Shown: in pieces, positions 12,942 through 26,149 of the stretch
How positions within the stretch are numbered: the first letter of the stretch is position 1
Layout of the letters: each line of letters begins with the position of its first letter
Assembly (NCBI GenBank): GCA_024704765.1
Contig: JAKMXF010000244.1
Coordinates: 639,837 to 703,836, forward strand
Direction of reading: 5' to 3'
DNA length: 64,000 bases
From: Oopsacas minuta
Lineage: Eukaryota; Animalia; Porifera
Translations under genes and position numbers: made by a program
Notes under the pieces: model-generated
What the model was told of the DNA's origin: nothing
The model's database searches: none
Seen by the model: the letters and a program-made list of their open reading frames with translations, nothing else

Positions 12942-15665
12942 CATAGACTCCTTTAGAGAAGGACTGGAACGTCGCGATCTCGGGGTTTTTAACTTGAGTC
13001 TGAGAGGCTCCAATTACAAAATTGAAAAAGCATTAGAACCTATATTTAACCTGTGGTTGGGGGCCAGACATAACCAAGAAGCTTAAAATAAGAGTATTGG
13101 CCACATTTCCCTTTGACCTTAGGCAGATATGAACTTCCTGTTTTCAACCATATTTCCTTATGTTTTTGGGATATTTGCATGTTTTGTGCAATGGCTGCGT
13201 GGTGATGTTTTATTTTTCTTGTTGCAAATATGTCTGCATGTTTATTGATATTGATTATGCATGATAATGTGTTTTGTTTTCAGCTTTTGTGACAATATGC
13301 CACGTCGTTGCAGCTGTTTTGGTTGTAGAGGAAACTATGATGGGACGCCTTACCTAAGGGTCATATCCTTCCCAAAAGATCCTGAGGAGAGGGAGAGATG
13401 GATATTGGCAATGCCGAATGAAAACGAAAGCTTGAGGCGCTTGAAGGAGATATATATTTGTGAGAGACATTTCAATTGTGAATGGGTGTCAGTAAAGGAT
13501 GGAAAGCGACCAAAAGAACCGCCATCAATATTTCCTGGAGTACCGAAATCAGTTTTGAAGCAGGTCACCTCAGCTCCACGCCCAACATCATCTACATCAG
13601 AATCAAGAGCTAAGAAAGTGCAGGCAGCTTATGAGGCTGCAGACAAGATCGAAGATTTCGACCACTTATCCGCCAAAATGAGCTCCTATTTTCCTGGATT
13701 TAACTTCATAAAAGACCAGAAAACCTGTACCTATCAAGAACTGACGCTACTGGACAAACTGTCAAGCAGTTCTTTCATTTCCAACAAGTCAGTTCACCAT
13801 TTGGATTCCTATTCTTGAATAGAGTTGAAAAAGATGGTATTGAGGTGTCCAAGCGACTATTTCCTTTGCAGAAGAACAGCTTACTCTCGATATGATCCCA
13901 GATTGGATACATAACTGACCAGGTAAACGCCTATGAGTACACAAGACAAGAAATTCTTGAGCACGCAATAAGCCAGCTCTGCAAGATGACTGAGGCGCAC
14001 GAGCTTGCTCATTTCACCTTCCTTCTGTCGCAGCTGTCCCTTATATTCAAACCTCCTGATGGACGCCGATTTGACACTGATACTATGATTTTCGCAGTGC
14101 AGCTTCACAACATATCACCTAGTGCATACAAAATGATTCGCCGATCCGGCTTAATCATTCTGCCATCAACAGAAAAGGTAAAACAGATGCTTGCTTGGGG
14201 TCTGCAGGACTCCAACCTCAAAACCTTGTTCGACCAGCTTAAGCCACAGCAGCGTTTGGTAAATTTAATGTTTGACGAGGTAAAGCTGGTCGAGACATTG
14301 CGATTTTCTGGAGGGCATGTTCTAGGATACTCTCAAAATACTGCAGCGGGTGGTGACCATGAAATGCTTGCTTCACATGCTATGATGGTTGAAGTTGCCT
14401 GCCATTTTGGTGGTCCACACTATATTCTACGCGTTTTGCCCTGCAAAAAACTAACTTCGGATCAGCTGAAAGAACTCCTTATTGAAGCTGGTTCTGGCGG
14501 TACTGTGATTTCTTTAATATATGACAATTGCAATACCAACCGCAGTGTTTATTCAAAGCTTGGAGGACCTGGAAGTTGTCAAGTGCTATCGATTCAAGAA
14601 CAATCTATGTTCTTAGTGTACGACTACTTGCACATCTTCAAAAATATACGCAACAACTGGATTACTGTTGATAGCAAGACACTCTCATTGTCGTAGATGG
14701 CAATGAGTACAAAGCTTACTGGAGTGATATTCAGAAGCTTTATGAGATCGACCGAGCTACTCCTATTCGTTTAACCAAGCTGACACACACTGTTGTTTTC
14801 TCCAAGCCCCTTCAACGTCAGAGCGTACCATTGGTATGTCAAGTGTTCAATGACAAGACTGTCGCTGCCTTGAAGATGTTCAAGGGTTCACTGGGCATCA
14901 GCGAAGGCACCATCATTCTCACCCAGACAATGAGTGAGTGGTTCAAGATAATGAATGTGAAAGACCGTTTCTCAGCTATCCGTCTTCGCGACGAATCCAG
15001 ACAGCCTTGGACAGCAGACTGTACAAGTTTCACTAGGCTGGAGGAGGCCTGCCAAATTATATCTACCTGCGCATGGCAAGGTGGTGGTCATAAGCTGAAG
15101 CTAACTAAGCAAACTGCTGAAGCCTTCACTGTGTCCACACATAATAATGTGGATGCTGCCAAATTGCTTCTGGCAGACAAAGACTTTGACTTCGTTCTTC
15201 CTGCTATATTCGCGGATGAGCCTTGGAAAGTTTTTCGGCCAAGCCAGGCAAAGAATAGGTGGAAACCTTTACATTGACGTAGTTAACATTATTGCTGCAG
15301 CTAAAATTGTAAACTTGCAAACACTCAGTAAGCATGACATTATGCCCGAATCTAGTTCTCGTGTGCTTGATTGTGACAAGAATTGTACAACTTCCGAAAA
15401 TCCAGCTGAGCGAAGTGAATTCATTGACGAGATCACTCCTCAAGACACTCAAGAACTCCTGAGGTCTGATGATACCCTTAAGCATGAAGTTGTTTATTTG
15501 GCCGGATACCTTGTTTATAAATATGGTGATAGCAATAGTATGGAGGAGATCATTGGTGATGAAGATGGTAACGAGGTGTCATCTGAGTTCCTAGATAATT
15601 TGAATAGAGGTGGACTGAGTGTGCCGACTATGTCAATCGTCTTTTTCGTACACAATGCCTATAAT
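12942..15665 (+). mobile_element. P-element superfamily (THAP9-like) transposon, copy 1; disrupted transposase, 3' end lost at N gap
   Basis: Terminus CATAGACTCCTTTAGAGAAG. THAP domain MPRRCSCFGC..W..CERHF..PSIF from ATG 13297. P-transposase motifs LVNLMFDEVK, YDYLHIFKNIRNNW, LVCQVFNDKTVAAL and KFFGQARQRIGGN. Several frameshifts and stops. Confidence 0.92.
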
Positions 15666-15666
15666 N

Positions 15667-16385
15667 CGAAATCTTGGATCTTGTCTGCAGCCTCATAAGC
15701 TGCCTGCACTTTCTTAGCTCTTGATTCTGATGTAGATGATGTTGGGCGTGGAGCTGAGGTGACCTGCTTCAAAACTGATTTCGGTACTCCAGGAAAAATT
15801 GATGCCGGTTCTTTTGGTCGCTTTCCACCCTTTACTGACACCCATTCACAATTGAAATGTCTCTCACAAATATATATCTCTTTCAAGCGCCTCAAGTTTT
15901 CGTTTTCATTCGGCATTGCCAATATCCATCTCTCCCTCTCCTCAGGATCTTTTGAGAAGGATATGACCCTTAGGTAAGGCGTCCCATCATAATTTCCTCT
16001 ACAACCAAAACAGCTGCAACGACGTGGCATATTATCACAAAAGCTGAAAACAAAACACATTATCATGCACAATCAATATCAATTAACATGCAGACATATT
16101 TGCAACAAGAAAAATAAAACATTACCACGCAGCCATTGCACAAAACATGCAAATATCCCAAAAACATAAGGAAATATGGTTGAAAACAGGAAGTTCATAT
16201 CTGCCTAAGGTCAAAGGGAAATGTGGCCAATACTCTTATTTTAAGCTTCTTGGTTGTGTCTGGCCCCCAACCACTGGTTAAATATAGGTTCTGATGCTTT
16301 TTCAATTTTTTAATTGGAGCCTCTCAGACTCAAGTTAAAAACCCCGAGATCGCGACGTTCCAGTCCTTCTCTAAAGGAGTCTATG
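15667..16385 (-). mobile_element. P-element copy 2, 5' 719 bp (THAP domain), truncated at N
   Basis: Reverse complement of the copy 1 5' end; terminus ends at 16385; THAP ORF 15659-16072. Confidence 0.92.
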
Positions 16386-16625
16386 GTTTAACATTCCAGT
16401 AGTTGTATTCACGCCAGAATGCCCAGGATCATGATATAACTGCAATATTTCTTGTACAGTAGGATCTCCAAGACCTGGGCATCGTGGGACCGGAGGGTGC
16501 CCGATCCTAGAATTTGCCCGGATCTCGGAAATATCATTAACTCTATGGTAGTTACAACCCATAATGTATATTTGAGTTCCCTTAGGTATTCGAATTCTGT
16601 TATTAAATTTACATGCTGTATACAA
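16386..16625 (-). mobile_element. Gypsy integrase zinc-binding (H2C2) fragment interrupted by the P element
   Basis: VQEILQLYHDPGHSGVNTTTGMLN, cut at the P terminus. Confidence 0.5.
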
Positions 16626-17149
16626 ACGTAATCCAATATAAATATAGTAACTGAAGTCAACGCTAGTATGAGGAGAATTATATGAAATGGTGAAATTCTT
16701 TTAGACTAATATAAAATAAGGGTGCCCTGTTGAGGGAGGTGCCCGTATCTTGGAGCTCCGGATCTCAGAGGTTCGACTTTATTTCACCTGAGGTGGGTCA
16801 TATTACCATAGTCCCATCAGTCTTTCAGATCTAATTTGGATAAACAAATTGTAAAGATGAAATCAAAATCATAAATCAAATTTACCATTCGAACAGTTTG
16901 TAATTTCATTGACACTGAAATGTTGGAATTTATGGGATGTACTGTTTTCACTAACCTTAAGTAATCTACTTGATTCATCTAATTGATACTAGGAAGTTCT
17001 TCTTCTAAAGTAATGCTACGCAACTGTAGTGTTAGGTCTTCGGGAATCTTTCCACTCTTGAGATAATTAATAATATTGGAGTGCTCCAAGGGATCTATAA
17101 ATTGTTAGGTAGTAGTAAGATACCTCTCACTGAAGAATGGTGATACTAA

Positions 17150-18040
17150 TACAAGGAAGTTGTTCTGTCATACAAAATGACTCATTCAATGTAATTCTAA
17201 CAAGTAGCAAGATTTTGAGTCAACTAAATCTGTTAGCACACATTCAAGGTGATTCAAACTTGCAACAAGTTTTTCATTTAACTTCAACTGTTAGGACATA
17301 ATCAAGGTGATTCTAATATCTAATAGTATTTTTCATTCCATTAACAACTAATGGCAGAATATATATTTTGGAATCCACTTGAATGTGCCATACCATGTGA
17401 AATACATTGGGAAAACTTGTCAAATGTAAGAATAACCCAGACTATGTGTTAACAGTTGATTTTGAATGAAAAAGGTTGTTGCATGTTGAAATCAACTTGA
17501 AAATATCCAAACAAGTGAACATTAATTATACTACTTGTTACATATGAGAATCTACTGGATTATGTCCTATCGAACCAAATTGATAGAAAAAACCTATTAC
17601 ATGTAAATATAACCTTAAATATATGCTAACATGTGAAATTGAATGAAAACACATGTTACATGGTTAAGATCACCTTGAATATGTCTTGACATAAGAAAAC
17701 CATGTAAAAATATAGTACATGTTAGATTACCTTGACTATGTGTAATTTTGTGAAATTGAATGAAAAAACTTGTCACATGTATGAATCACATTTAATTAGT
17801 GTTAACAGGTGGAACTTTATGAAAAGACTTGTCACATGCTAGAATCAACTTGAATATATGCAAACACTTGAAAATCATTGAAACACTTGGTTCATGTTAG
17901 AATCGCCATAAATATGTGTAAACAGTTGAAATTGAATGAAAAACGTGTTAAATGTAAGAATAACCTAGAATGTGTGCTAACACTTGAAATTGAATGAAAG
18001 ATCTAGTAACATGTCAGAATCACATTGAATATGTGTTAAG
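17150..18040. repeat. Degenerate 58-59 bp tandem satellite in fold-back arrangement (axis about 17355)
   Basis: Core ACATG at 17599, 17658, 17717, 17775, 17834, 17892, 17950 and 18009 (period 58-59). Unit about GTGAAATTGAATGAAAACACTTGTTACATGTTAGAATCACCTTGAATATGTGCTAACA. Units in 17150-17345 are in the opposite orientation. Confidence 0.9.
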
Positions 18041-18973
18041 GATTCTAATAAAAATGACGTAGTGGCAATTTATTAGTAGCGCTTAAGATAGTTATAATAA
18101 CGCATAATCATTTACTATTACTAATCAAATATTTACGCTTTGATGTCTAATTTACACAAATCTCGAATATAGGAATAACACAGGTAGCTTTCAATGGACA
18201 TCAAATAACAAATCATGATCATTTTATATTCAAATACAAGAGCCTATATCATTAATGGAAATATTTTTGCTGGCAACAATATTATCATGCATGGAGAATC
18301 CTTTGGGCTAACTCTATACTAATGAATTAATTGATAGTAAATACTACTCGCTTTTACTTTACATTACAAATTTTCATTCGAAGAGAGGTAATGAGACAGA
18401 CCTCCAAAACTGTCAAATAATATCGAGAATTTTGTTAAATCTTCGACTCATACTTCATTCCCTTCTTAAACAGTCCTTGTTAAGTAGCTTCTTGCTCTGT
18501 CTCTTATACACATCTCAGCTTTGCTTATGGTATTATCTCCAATTAAATAATTGGATATTAGTCCACAAATTGCATGGCCTTTCAGTAAAAAGTCGAAATA
18601 TCTTGCACATTAGTTAATACTTAAACTTAGCTTGGAAATTTTAGTTCAGTTTCACATTCTATATCTTTATCCATTCTCCAAATAATGAATCATTGCATTT
18701 TCTAAGGTTATGGGTGTATAAATTTTTTCTTCATAAATGCCTCTATTCCCTGTTATGCAACCAAAGTTCGAGGACCAATGACCTAAGTAACATAATAAAT
18801 GGCGCAGCATGGTCTAAGGCCTACTTACATATATTACTGTATATGTCACCGAGAAGGCCAACAGGAAATCTGTTTTATCACATATTTCCAGAAATATATA
18901 ATTTAGAGCCGAGGTATGTATGAATGACATATATAGATATGATGGCGAAGTATGTATTTCTACTGTGAAATCG

Positions 18974-19675
18974 GATTTCTCATCATGTGGTTTCGGAAGA
19001 GATATTCTTAGAACGAAAAATGCTACTTTTCAAACTATGTTTAAACCATGTTCTCAGTGTTTTAGTGCTTGACAGATTATATAATAACTGAAGCGAATAG
19101 TATATCTGAAAACAATAGTTGATATGAATGGAATGTCAAAAAATTCCTGTCTTGCCAGGGAAACCTGTTTTCATTTCTTTAAGCTATACTCAAAAACTGT
19201 GTGCTATGGCTCTGAAATATATGCCCGTCTGTAATAGTCAAATTCCTATTCTCTAATAATATAGTTCATCTACTTTTTGTTCATACTATTTAGATACTTT
19301 GACAATTGCTATATAGATAATAGTCATATTATATATGAGAAATGTCAAAATATCTCAAGTATCAACTGAAATAAGTGAAATCTATTATTAGCGAATAGGA
19401 AGTTGACTATCACGGAACTATTGGTATAAAGTTAAGAGCATAGAATTCATAGTTTCTGAGTTATAGGTTCAAAAATATCAACACGTTCCCTTAGCAACAC
19501 TGGAATCTGTTCACATTCCATTCATATCAAGTATATTATTCAAATATAGTATCTGCCTCTGTCATTATCTAGAACTGTCAAGCACTAAAACACAGAGAAC
19601 GTGGTTAAATATAGTTTGAAAAGCTGCCCTTTTCGTTCTAAAAATAGCTCTTGCGAAACCACATGATGAGAAATC
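18974..19675. mobile_element. MITE with about 130-bp imperfect TIRs
   Basis: GATTTCTCATCATGTGGTTTCG...AGTGCTTGACAG (from 18974) is mirrored by CTGTCAAGCACT...CGAAACCACATGATGAGAAATC (to 19675). TSD and superfamily not determined. Confidence 0.8.
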
Positions 19676-19946
19676 ATACTTTAGGCACTTGTAATGTATT
19701 TCGATAACTTATTCCTATACTCCATAAATACCTGGGGCATTCGAACTATTCCCATCGAAAGATTTCTGCGCGATGGATGCCAAAAATCGTCACAAAAAAA
19801 GAGGAAAGAGGAGAAGAGGGCTTCATGCCAAAAAAATTTCTTAAAGAATGGTGAGATTGTGTATCTCGAAGATTAAATAATATCGTTACTCGTGAGGAAA
19901 CTTGGGTTGTAAATTCTGAACCTCTGCGTAACGAACAAAGCTAATT

Positions 19947-22915
19947 CACAGTGGGCATTTTTGGGGGTGAATGGAAACAGGAAAACCATGCAAGATAGAG
20001 ATATATAATGCATTATTAGCCAATAGGAAATTACCCCTGAGAAAACGATTTCTGCATAAAAAAAATCTAGGTCATCTCATTAAAAAGTTATGACGTCATT
20101 GACACCTTTCATATTATCATAAATTATAGTTTTTGAGCTTAAAATTCAGTTACTAGACGCGATAGAAAGCTTATTTTGGATCATAGACACACATTTAACA
20201 TACCCACATTTTAATTGTATCTTATGCTTCCTTCTAATTCAATCATTATTTATTAGCAAGTTAATTGTGAGAAAAGAATTTCTTGGTCTGGAGGTTCAGA
20301 AGAGTGGGTTTTCTTGCTTGCTTTTGTAAATTTTCTATACACATTGAGGACAGGATCACTATTACACATCAGTCGTATAAAGATATCTCGAGTATTCAGA
20401 GAAAACGACATTTTCCGGCAAGGTGTTCGCGATACCTTCGAACGAGTTTGTTTGAAACTTCAACTGCTTCTTCAGAGAAGACTTTAAGTCCATGGCTATT
20501 GTTACAAGTTCTAATGAGTTCTGAAGAATGGGCTAGTAATTTATGCAAGGTTGGACTGATGTTTGCCAAGGGAACCTGATTACAATGTATTCGTATGTGT
20601 CCTTGCAAAGAATATCCAGTCTTTCAGTATTTATCTCTCGGTCGCTGTTGTAAATACGCAAACATACTGAAAGGTTAGTGTGGATGACCTTTATATTTTC
20701 ATGGTATTCTGTTGGTACCAAGGAACAAACCCAGTAAAGAAATTGGTTTTTGTCCAAGAAACAATTTCGAGCAACATTGCCAGTTGATGTAGTGCCACCA
20801 TCACTGCTGGGTTGATCAATCTTCATACCAGTCTTTTCCATCAATAAGCCTGAAACAAACTTCATTGAGTTATTATGCCTAAGAATGATGGTGACCACTT
20901 CCTTGCACCTGATTGCAGATGATAAACGAGGGTCATAAACCATCTGAAGATGCACAAATATGAATGTAATGGAGAAGGGCAAATTATATCGATGTCGGAA
21001 ATAGGTTGGTGAGTCAATCCAAGACGGTCATTGGAACTTAGAGATAGAAATTCTACTTCATTCACACTTTGAAACAGTTCTTTAGCCGATGTTATTGAAC
21101 GATTAATAGGAAAACCATCTCGTATAAGTTCGACATCATGCAGTTGTTGAAAGTCGCAGTACAGAGTTGGCAGTGAGCACCACTGGCTCCAGATAGAATT
21201 CCTGCCATTTTTCCATCGAACATGGTCCTGAGCAGCCTTATCCTCACAAGTCCTTGCGAGAGTGGTATCCCATTTTCTTCCATGTCTGCTACGTAAGGAT
21301 TGATACAAGTATCCATTAGTGGACGTACATTTTCGCTATTTTCTTTGGCAGCTAGTAAAGTGACTGGGCGAATCTGAAATTGTGAGTTGGGGCCTTTCGT
21401 TTTCCCAAATAAGTTTGTTTGCCTGTCGTGAATAGCGAGAGGTTTGAAAGCAAAGAGAATGAAATTTTTGGAACCAATATCTGGTGACTCTTGAATCTGA
21501 TTATAAACTTGATGGGATCCAGATCCATCCAAGCCATCTGTTGCAGAAAATTTCTACGGGATTTCAAATTCAGAATCTGTGGGAAGTAATTCGAGTAGGC
21601 GGGAAATTGTCTGTTTGATGATAGAGATGTAAGATATCCCTACTCCCATAGGTGCATCAGACACATTTCGGATAGAAATGAATTCCTTCTCCAGAGTAAT
21701 ATCTGCTCGATACTGGGAAATTAGCTCATACTTAGGGAATAGTACATTGTCTGACTTACAAAGTCTCCTCAATTCAATGTGCTTTCGCTTACCTATTTCC
21801 AGTTGCCCTAGGAGGAACGTAGACTTAGCAATTGAGATGTGTGTCTTTATATTGCCTTGAAATGTGCCTTTGCTGACTATTCCCAGAGAGAAGGAACTGG
21901 TGGAGTAATCTCCTGAAGAAGATGAGACAAATTGCAGAGCCATGGCTGCCATCGTTTTGCTATCCACGTTCTCACTAGCTGCTAAGCTTTTAATCAAGGC
22001 TAAAAGAGGTTCCAGACGTACCCTTTGTCCTTTAATCGTTAATTCTAGGAGTGGTTTCCTGATAGCCTTTGCATGAACATGATTAGGAGTACAAATATCA
22101 CCTTCAGACGATAACCGCCTCTTCTCTGCCAATGTTGAATTGTCAAAGAATATCATATCATCCCATGTATTTAGGTCGTTTCTTTTACGAAATATCTCTC
22201 TATCACCCTTCAACTCAACGAATTTGTATCGGATACAACTATAATATTTATCATCAAGTTGCTGACTATCCATAAATACGATTGTTGCATCTCTGACAGA
22301 TTTACGTGAGGATAGAAAGTCCAAAGCTTCCTTGTTATTCATAATGCTAATATTTTATAGGGAAATTTTACATTAAAGTTACACCCATTCAAATGAATGC
22401 TTGATACTTTGGGCGCCCTCCGGCGGGTCTAAACTATTATATTTTTTGAATGTATTATCATAACCTACATTTTAAGACCAGTGAGAGTTCACGCAACGAA
22501 ACGCCACAACAAGTTTCAGCATAAAATATCCTGTGGACGCCGAAAAAATGTCCTAAATAGTCATCGCGTTTTATCTAGTTTTAGAATAGAAAGTTAGAAA
22601 CCAAACGACATTTCAAGATGTAAATTAGATCCTTGAAATATAAATGTTTCATTATTGTAAAGGAATTCTTTCTTCTTAGTTACAAGTGCTAAAAATATAA
22701 CTATGAAACTTGATCGATTTTGATAAACCACACAACAGAAATTCTAATTACAAGAAGCCTCAAATATTCATCACCATAACAACCAATTTACTTGTTGAAT
22801 CAGAATTAAATTATTAATTTCTAGGTTTGAAACGATTGTGAATTCAATGATAATAAGGAAATACAATTCTGAGGGGTAAAAAATTCATGCTATTTCCAGC
22901 AAAAAGCCCACTGTG
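19947..22915 (-). mobile_element. Full-length Transib/RAG1-like DNA transposon
   Basis: TIRs CACAGTGGGC(A)TTTTTG at both ends; perfect 5-bp TSD TAATT (19942-19946 and 22916-22920); single transposase gene on the minus strand. Confidence 0.95.
20253..22342 (-). pseudogene. Transib/RAG1-like transposase, about 695 codons, one in-frame stop and about 4 frameshifts
   Basis: Catalytic motifs LDGSGSH, TMFDGK and SEEAVE; Zn ligands HCQLC, PLH and HKLLAH; DQPSSDGGTTSTGNVARNCF; C-terminal RKMSF..DIFIRLMCNSDP. N-terminal RKPLLELTIKGQRVRLEPLLALIKSLAASE resembles the RAG1 NBD. Confidence 0.9.
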
Positions 22916-24226
22916 TAATTGTGGCTCCCAAAAGGTTCTTATCCTCCAGGAAAGGCACGTCCAGACTTCCGAGAAGATAAGGTTCTCTGCAGCGTATATT
23001 TGATACACATGGGCCAGTGGCTCAAATTTGATTAGTAAGATATTGTAATGTCAAGTTATTAAATAAAGATGGGAACTTTTTGGATGCCTTAAGTACATAC
23101 CTAAGCTCTATCATATGTATTTGTCGAGATATGTGGTAAAAACATCAGTCCCTGGCAGTCTTATTGTATTGAAGCCTAGTCGGGAAAAATACAGCCGTAG
23201 ATTAAGAAGGTCATGCATGCAGATTCAGAAAAATAGGCATGAGATATGTAACCATGTTGATAAACATACAGAGTGACTGCATATTTCAATATCGATGTGT
23301 TTTTGCTCAAAAATAAGTTTGGCATATCAGTAGAAGAGAAAACTAATAAATATAATATCTTCAAGTGTGCTTGATTTCTTTTGGTGCCAATTCACATTTT
23401 CTTGGTTTCTAGTTTTGCTTGGTCTTACATCAACACTATGTTCTGAAGCTTGTAGGCAGAGTAGTCGATAGTCAGAACGGGCCCTCGTTATATTTCACAC
23501 CAATATTGAATCCTACATTTGGAAATTACTGGTACATTGTGTCAATTTAGTTTTAAAAATCAATGCTACCTCGCTAAATTAATATCTTTGGAATTCAAGA
23601 ACAATTGGAACAGTTTGCAATACTTACTCCAAATGGCTGACCGTACAAGATTCTGCCTATATCTGTTGCTCTGTACAGACGTATAGAGATTTAGTAGATT
23701 TGTACATGAATTTTAGTTGAGACACTTACTGATTATGTGCCCAATAACTTAAACTCCTAATGAATGTACATTATGTGGTGTGAATCAACAGTTCTAATTA
23801 AGCTCAGAGGGATTTCCTGTACAGTCTGTATACTTACATGTTTTCTCCATTCCAAATTGTTCAAGTATACATGGACTATCTGAACTTGCGAGCGCAACGA
23901 GAGAGAAATGTTTTGCAGGCGTACACGGTCCTGGCCAATGCAATGAGGAAATAAGAACTCCACATCAGGATATGACATAAATATATTTGCACTTTGCAGG
24001 TATGAAATATGTAGAATTTTGAAAACTTGCACGAAGTTTTGAATTGATTATAGAAACGCCTGACATGTATTTGGTTGGGAATGAGAAAACTTAGTGAGCA
24101 AGGGTCCCTGCCCGTGCTCGCTAAATTTTTGCCCCCCTGCCCACAAACTCGTCTCTACTGCGTGTAAGTATGAGGCGCAAGGAAGGGGCGTGGGGTGACG
24201 GTTCGGTTTAGGGCTGGTATGTCCCC

Positions 24227-25860
24227 GTCAATCTGAATTTTAATCTTAGACAGCAGTTAGTACAACTTCTCCAGGGATTTCCTAAGCATTCACCTCACTT
24301 GTTTTTTCTCCTAAACATCTCAGGAACAATATTGTCTTGGAGTGAATAAATGCATGGGAAGCCCTAGAAAGCGTTGTTCTATGGAAATACTATATATAAC
24401 ATGTGCACCTTCTCCTACGATGTGGAATACCCGAGCAGGTCTCTACGTAAATTTGAAGATTTCAACTATTTATACATTCTAATAATCATCAAACAACAAA
24501 TAAATTTAGAGAAATTTGAAAATACCAAAATCAGTTTCAGCTTTCTCAGTTACCCCATGGCAGCCGGTAATATGTAATAGCAGTTCCCTACATATATTTT
24601 AAGATTTCAATTATTTGTTACTGTATATTGATAAATCAACTATATAAGGTAGTATATGAAAAGTTAAAATTTTAAAATTCAGATTCAGCGTACCTGATCA
24701 CTATATGTCTGTTGAGAGCAAGTCTCTACGTATATATGAAGATTTTAGTTAGTTGGCATATATGAATAAAAACAACGATAAATTTGCCTATGAGAAACTA
24801 GAAATCCTGGGTAGCCGTTTAGAGCAAGCCTGTATGTATATTTTGAATTTTGACATAATTGTTTACTTTAATTTCATAGAAATATCGAAACATTTACATA
24901 TGATTAATCCAAAAGTGTGAAATCGGATTCAGCTTGTCCGATACAATTAATAATGATTTATTGAATTCTATTTACTTCCTTGGTAAACGTGATAAATACA
25001 TAGTTCGTATCTACGTACATTTTATTGCAATTTACTAATATAGGCGTATTTGCGAAATTGACTCATTCTTATTCACCCACTAGTTTTATTTCTCGTCTTT
25101 TCGGAAGTATACTATATATAGTGAATGCTAATTGTTATTATTACATACGGTGAACTGTTAGCGAATGGACGAATGCTTTGCATGGTTGCTAATTCCCAAA
25201 CACCAACACCGAAGTTGGAACTACCAATAACTACTCAACAGGGGTGGAGGTCGTTGGTTGCTCATCCGTACTTTTTGAAAAAACTTTCAGAGTTATGTAC
25301 TCGATTTGTTTCGGTGCCAACTTCTCTTCATTTTTATGTCTAGTCTTTCCGGCTCTTGCGTCAATCTGAACTTTCTCAAACGTGTAGGTATTAGGCATGA
25401 GGGGGTCGTGACGGTTCGGTTTGGGGCTCGCGTACTATTTAGGAACCTTACAACGATACACCTATATCAATCAGATAATTTTCATTGTCTCAGATGACGT
25501 CAAACGAATCAAGTTCGAGTTACGAATAGCATATCCTCAAAGAGCAGGGTGATTTCTCAGACTCGTCACAATTTTCTGTTTCTGAGGATATCTCCTATAT
25601 TTCATCACTTCCTTTTCCTCCCCTGGATACTACCTTGCATTTATATCCCCTTCAATCTGAATCTACATCTCAGACAGTAGTTAGTCCAACTTCTCCAGGG
25701 ATTTCCCAAGCAGTCACCTCACTTGGACCGCCTCCTATGGCATCATAAGAACAAGATTGTCTTCAATTGATAAATGCATGGGACGGCCTTAAAAGCCTCG
25801 CTTCTATGGAAATATGTATATAACTTGTACACCATCTCATACTGATGTGCAAGACCTGAC
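24227..25860 (+). repeat. Pair of diverged direct repeats of about 210 bp (24227-24440 and 25652-25860) within a dispersed, possibly Helitron-derived repeat
   Basis: TCAATCTGAAT..AGACAG.AGTTAGT.CAACTTCTCCAGGGATTTCC.AAGCA.TCACCTCACTTG..ATAAATGCATGGGA..TTCTATGGAAATA occurs twice. About 24800-24950 also recurs inverted at about 49585-49710. Confidence 0.65.
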
Positions 25861-26149
25861 AATAATGCTTTTCCCGAAACCATCTAAAGCTAAGAATCGC
25901 AAATACCTAAAGCTATTCATACGCAGAGGCTACATTGCTAAATTTCGCATTCCAAACCTGTGTTATACTATTTCTAGGCTCATGAGAAAAGAGAAATACA
26001 TAGACCAACTTGGGTGAAAATTCTTGATGTTGGTATCCTAGCAGAGGTATTCTCTACCTTTTATTGGAGCGAATGTGGTGGGAGTCCCTTCCTTAAGAAG
26101 AACAATAGATTCATGGATTCATACATACCATTAGAGTCCTATGGCTGTC

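Noticed and set aside
15659-15698. ORFs reading through N (15147-15698, 15659-16072, 28453-28935, 33927-34130)
   Set aside because: They are chimeric across assembly joins, so residues beyond the X are artefacts.
17150-18040. CRISPR-like repeat/spacer array
   Set aside because: Similarity runs through the whole 58-59 bp unit with no unique spacers, the repeats are degenerate, there are no cas genes and the context is eukaryotic.
19954-19987. Canonical RSS nonamer 23 bp after the Transib heptamer (ACAGGAAAA, or AGGAAAACC at 25 bp)
   Set aside because: Only 5/9 at the correct spacing, and there is no 12-bp counterpart at the other end, so it is not a true 12/23 RSS pair.
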